Made by a program: the position numbers and the translations under genes. From positions 1-49,193 of IMG/VR virus record IMGVR_UViG_3300048852_000120: a DNA stretch of 49,193 nt. The stretch is one strand, 5' to 3'. The notes under the pieces are model-generated. The model saw only the letters and a program-made list of their open reading frames with translations, had not been told where the DNA came from and did not search any database. Shown here in pieces: positions 45,647-49,193 of this stretch (the stretch's first letter is position 1; each line of letters starts with the position of its first letter). This DNA comes from a virus (Duplodnaviria > Caudoviricetes).

Positions 45647-46307
45647 GCCTGATCGCCCCATCATCTTTTCTGGCCCCATGGTCAGGGCACTACTTGCTGA
45701 ACGGAAAACACAGACACGCCGGATCATCAAGCCCCAGCCAACCCCTGCCGGTAACGGTCTCTGGCACTTCCATAATCGCTGGGGAGGCATCTCGCAGGTC
45801 CATGAAGAGACTCTGACCTCATACATCGTTGATGCAGCAGCACGGTTTGCCGTCGGGGACCGTCTCTGGGTTCGGGAGAACTGGCAGACGCCGGTACGTA
45901 AGCCCACCAAGTACGGTCCAATCTACTACCCTGCCGATAAACACTTCTTCATGAACCAGTCCTTCCCTCTCGGCGGGAATCGGCCTTCCATCCACATGCC
46001 CCGCTGGGCCTCCCGCCTGACCCTACTCGTCACCGGCGTGAAGGTGGAGCGGCTGAGCGACATCAGCGATAAGGATGCGATCGCGGAAGGCATCGTCGAG
46101 GACGACGGCAACATCCCCGACATCTGGTACTGCCCGGGTGGATCCAAGTTCGGCGTGAAGCGCATGGGCGCCACGCCTCAAGAGGCTTTCCGGTACCTCT
46201 GGGAGGCAATCAACGGTGCCGAGGCATGGGATGAAAACCCATGGGTCGTGGCCGTCACCTTCACCGTCCACCAGTGCAACATCGACAGCTTGGAGGTGCG
46301 GCTATGA
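45645..46307 (+). CDS. ASCH/PUA-like conserved phage protein
   Basis: PIIFSGPMVRALL..RKTQTRR, GDRLWVRE, PSIHMPRWASR and WDENPWV motifs. Confidence 0.82.
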   Translation: MPDRPIIFSGPMVRALLAERKTQTRRIIKPQPTPAGNGLWHFHNRWGGISQVHEETLTSYIVDAAARFAVGDRLWVRENWQTPVRKPTKYGPIYYPADKHFFMNQSFPLGGNRPSIHMPRWASRLTLLVTGVKVERLSDISDKDAIAEGIVEDDGNIPDIWYCPGGSKFGVKRMGATPQEAFRYLWEAINGAEAWDENPWVVAVTFTVHQCNIDSLEVRL

Positions 46308-46633
46308 CTGCCCGCAAGGCTGACCTGCGTCTTCCCTCGCGAACCCCAGCCTACGTGTCGCGCGAAGTCGGCGCCGCCGAGATCGGCGTCTCTCCGGAAA
46401 CCTGGGATAAGTGGGTCGAAAGGGGGGTACTACCATCACCTGCTCCGGGCTTCCCAGAGAGCACTCCCCGCTGGAGATGGGCCGATGTCGACGCCTATCT
46501 CGCCGGGATACCCACAACTGTTCAATCCGAAGCGGTCCTTGCGCTGGAATCGAAAGGCGGCAACATTGTCGACCCGTTCGTTGCAAGTGCCGGAAGGTTC
46601 GCAAATGGCTCGAAGGGGAAGCGGCGTGGTTGA
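46304..46633 (+). CDS. Excisionase / AlpA-like DNA-binding protein
   Basis: AAEIGVSPETWDKWVERGVLP...RWRWADVD; precedes the integrase. Confidence 0.8.
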   Translation: MTARKADLRLPSRTPAYVSREVGAAEIGVSPETWDKWVERGVLPSPAPGFPESTPRWRWADVDAYLAGIPTTVQSEAVLALESKGGNIVDPFVASAGRFANGSKGKRRG

Positions 46634-47801
46634 CCTTCCTAAGGAAGTGCACGTCATCACTAAGAAGGCGACGGGCAAGAAGTACTATTACTGGGTCCTG
46701 AACCGCGGGACCAAGAACGAGGGCAAGCGGATCCCACTGCCGAGCGACCCAGCCTCGGTCGCTTTCTGGGCCAAGATTGAGGCGCTGGGCGGCTCTAACC
46801 CTATGGCTCCGGCCGGTTCAGTCGCCAACCTCGTACGACGATACCGGGAGAGCGAGGATTTCAAGAAGAATACCGATTCTACTCGAGAGACCTATGAAGT
46901 CCATATGCGACGCTTCGAGGATCTTGAGGGTTGGGGACGCTACCCTGCCGAGGACCTCAGCCCGCTAGGAGTTCAGACCGCTCGTGATGCTATGCGGGAA
47001 ACACCTTTCATGGCGAACCAAATGCTGGCGGTCGGCAAGACGATTTGGGCCTGGGCTATTCCGCTCGGGCTTCTCGGCAATCGACCGATCAACCCGTTCG
47101 ACCACGTGTCCGATCTCGACACGCCGGACCGCGGCCACGTACCGTGGCCGGAATGGGCGCAGGCTCTGGTCATTGAGCATGCGCCCGCTGATCTTGCCCG
47201 GTTCGTCAAACTCGGTGCCTGGACGGGCCAGCGGGAAAGCGACCTGGTGCTCTTCGGGCCCGAGCACCGGGAGAACAATGGCCTGTGGTGCCGCCCCAAG
47301 AAGACCCGCAAAAAGCGCCGCGCCTTCTTCATTCCCCTGGCCGCTGCCGAGGCGCTGGAGCTCGACCGCTGGGCAGAGACCCCAATCCGGTTTGAGAACT
47401 CCCGGTGGAAGGCTCCGATCGAGCGATTCAGGGACGATCTCTACCTCTACACCCCTCGAGCCGAGCCCTACACGCCTGACCGCATCCGAGCCCGTTGGGG
47501 CCGCTGGCTAGCCTCGAAGCACGGGAAGGAGCTGTGCCGGCGGTGGAAGGAATGGCTCGCCGTTCAGGTCAAACGCTACGGCTGGGAGATCGAGCCGGAT
47601 GATGTCCGAGGCCCTACCCTTCATGGTCTCCGAGGCACGGCCGTGCTGACCCGTCGCCGGGCCGGTTACACGGCCCAGGCGATCGCAAATGACATTGGAA
47701 TGAGCCTGCCGATGGTCGAGCGGTACACCCGTTTCATCGACCAAATGGACGTCGCCGAGGCCAACCGCCGGCGCTTCGAAATTGTCGAAGGCGGGCGCTA
47801 A
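46605..47801 (+). CDS. int: Tyrosine recombinase / phage integrase
   Basis: TGQRESD (Arg), LHGLRGT (HxxR), IGMSLPMVERY (Tyr); N-terminal arm-binding-like KKYYYW. Confidence 0.93.
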   Translation: MARRGSGVVDLPKEVHVITKKATGKKYYYWVLNRGTKNEGKRIPLPSDPASVAFWAKIEALGGSNPMAPAGSVANLVRRYRESEDFKKNTDSTRETYEVHMRRFEDLEGWGRYPAEDLSPLGVQTARDAMRETPFMANQMLAVGKTIWAWAIPLGLLGNRPINPFDHVSDLDTPDRGHVPWPEWAQALVIEHAPADLARFVKLGAWTGQRESDLVLFGPEHRENNGLWCRPKKTRKKRRAFFIPLAAAEALELDRWAETPIRFENSRWKAPIERFRDDLYLYTPRAEPYTPDRIRARWGRWLASKHGKELCRRWKEWLAVQVKRYGWEIEPDDVRGPTLHGLRGTAVLTRRRAGYTAQAIANDIGMSLPMVERYTRFIDQMDVAEANRRRFEIVEGGR

Positions 47802-47807
47802 GACGGG

Positions 47808-47836
47808 CTTGACCGAGAACAGAAAAGGACCTATCT
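47808..47836 (+). promoter_or_regulatory. Sigma70-type promoter reading into tRNA-Gln
   Basis: CTTGAC-N17-CTATCT versus rhizobial consensus CTTGAC-N17-CTATAT. Confidence 0.65.
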
Positions 47837-47858
47837 GACCGTCACCGCCGGGGCAGTT

Positions 47859-47887
47859 TTGTAAACTTCACCCCCGATCTTGTAAAC
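47859..47887. repeat. TTGTAAAC direct repeats, putative integrase arm-type sites
   Basis: Copies at 47859 and 47880, 21 bp apart, between int and the tRNA. Confidence 0.55.
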
Positions 47888-47924
47888 CGGAAGCTAAAAG
47901 CTAAGGTTTTTTAAGTGGTTATGG

Positions 47925-47998
47925 TGGGGGATAGTTTAATGGTAGAACAGCGGACTCTGACTCCGTTAGTCTTGGTTCGAATCCAGGTCCCCCAGCCA
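47925..47998 (+). tRNA. tRNA-Gln(CTG)
   Basis: Acceptor TGGGGGA/TCCCCCA; anticodon arm GCGGA-CTCTGAC-TCCGT; GTTCGAATC T-loop; encoded CCA. Confidence 0.97.
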
Positions 47999-48399
47999 TC
48001 TCAGATTGTTGACAACTTCTGATTCGAGAGTCTTAATCGACAGGACGGTTTTAGAAGCGTTTTCAATGTTCGTTCTGGAGTTCCCGGCTGCGGGTCCATG
48101 AATGGCCCTTCCAGTCTACGTCGCAGGTTCGAAAGCTGCCGCCATCACCGAGCTCGCCGGACAGCCCGTCCGCCCCACCTGGAAAAGCCGGCTCCACAGA
48201 ATGGCCCAATAAACTGCGAAGCTAAGCCGCATTCCAGCCAAGGTTAATCTTTAGCTAACAGCCTCCCGTAGGGGCAATTACGGGCCGGGGCCGCGCCTTG
48301 AGCCGTCATAAGGTTCAGGCGCGGCTTTTCTTCAGCCCGCTCGTCGATGCCATTACAAACTCATGCCATCTCCAAGTCGGGGACGTTCAAACGGATCGA

Positions 48400-48690
48400 G
48401 CGATAAACTTCGCCGCGCTCAAGGATTTCAGCACGAAGGACGACGCCGTCTGGCTCGACAACACGATCTTCACGAAGATCGGCAAAGGTACGCCTACCAA
48501 GCTGGTTCAGCTTCAGGAGCGGTTCCTTGTCCCGGCTCCCGGTCAAGTGACAAAGACGATTATGTCTTATACTACAAGAACTCGGGTATCCTGTCTTACA
48601 ATCCGGATGAATCCGGCTCCAAGATCCCTATCGAATTCGCGCAGTTGAAGAAGGGGACGATATTGGCGTACCCGGATCCGTTCGTTGTCC
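48400..48690 (+). pseudogene. Frameshifted remnant of the C-terminal domain of an RTX/Ca-binding protein
   Basis: DFSTKDDAVWLDNTIFTKIGKG in one frame and DKDDYVLYYKNSGILSYNPDESGS..EFAQLKKG in another; boundaries approximate. Confidence 0.7.
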
Positions 48691-48713
48691 GAGGAATGAA
48701 TGCGACAGGCATT

Positions 48714-48911
48714 CTACTCGGTCTCTTCGGCTTCATCGTCCCATCCAATGGCAGCCGGCAGCACTGATGTTGCGTCGATAGCCTCCTTCAATCCCCGGAC
48801 GGCCTTGATCTGCTCTTCCGTAAACTTCAGCGCGATATCCATTCCATGGGCCCAGAAATCGAGAACCATCATCTTCTCATCTAGGCTCAGCTCCTTTTCA
48901 TTCTGTGCCAT
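48714..48911 (-). CDS. Hypothetical protein
   Basis: 65-aa ORF with plausible composition. Confidence 0.5.
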   Translation of the reverse strand: MAQNEKELSLDEKMMVLDFWAHGMDIALKFTEEQIKAVRGLKEAIDATSVLPAAIGWDDEAEETE

Positions 48912-48914
48912 GAT

Positions 48915-49121
48915 TCACCCCACAAGACGGTGCGTCTCTGTTTCTGACGCGGCAAGAACACGCCTATTGTCGCCGCGCATCTCCCTGAGACGCGACAATG
49001 TCCGGCAGTCGAAGGTAGCCGTGACGGCGACAACGTCCTGATCCCCGATCCGCTGCGGCAAATCGAGTGGGACCGTGCGGAAGTGCAGTTGGACAAGACG
49101 CAGCAACCACAGCGGATTCAT
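48915..49121 (-). CDS. Hypothetical protein
   Basis: 68-aa ORF, ATG start, in tandem with the downstream ORF. Confidence 0.4.
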   Translation of the reverse strand: MNPLWLLRLVQLHFRTVPLDLPQRIGDQDVVAVTATFDCRTLSRLREMRGDNRRVLAASETETHRLVG

Positions 49122-49193
49122 CTCGATGATGATGGTGGAGATTCCGCTCTCAAGGCCCCATTCGACGATGCCGGAGAGAAGCGCATTGGCTAC

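Larger units (their letters stand above)
1..47924. mobile_element. Prophage with lambda-like head and Mu-like contractile tail, integrated at tRNA-Gln; left end outside window
   Basis: Contiguous lysis-tail-head-packaging-replication-immunity-recombination-xis-int gene order ending next to a tRNA gene; second att site not visible. Confidence 0.95.

Noticed and set aside
44996-45652. 218-aa plus-strand ORF
   Set aside because: The opposite strand encodes a more protein-like TM-helix product; this frame looks like its shadow
1-49193. CRISPR array or second att copy
   Set aside because: No regularly spaced repeat-spacer array and no duplicate tRNA fragment noticed by eye; the left prophage end is outside the window

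Overview
About 47.9 kb of this GC-rich window is one temperate prophage of an alphaproteobacterium. The flanking RTX-type remnant resembles Microvirga/Methylobacteriaceae proteins, but that host call is an inference. The left end of the prophage lies outside the window; the right end abuts the 5' side of a tRNA-Gln(CTG) gene. The minus strand carries lysis genes (holin, GH19 endolysin), a Mu-like contractile tail with a PAAR tip, a lambda-like head and packaging module with a recognisable cosQ/cosN, primase and helicase, an adenine methylase, a RuvC-like resolvase, a GapR-like protein, and cII- and cro-like regulators. The plus strand carries cI and an early operon with YqaJ exonuclease, RecT, an ExoX-like nuclease, xis and a tyrosine integrase. 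Non-obvious signals: two perfect alphaproteobacterial LexA boxes upstream of a Zn-finger + DUF3572 operon inside the immunity region; a phage-side sigma70 promoter driving the tRNA; an IS630 with an exactly reconstructable target gene; a hidden -1 frameshift tail chaperone; a cytosine methylase replaced by an antisense membrane-protein moron; a HEPN-like moron; a candidate sRNA; and phased iteron-like repeats. All family calls come from motif recognition by eye, not database searches.
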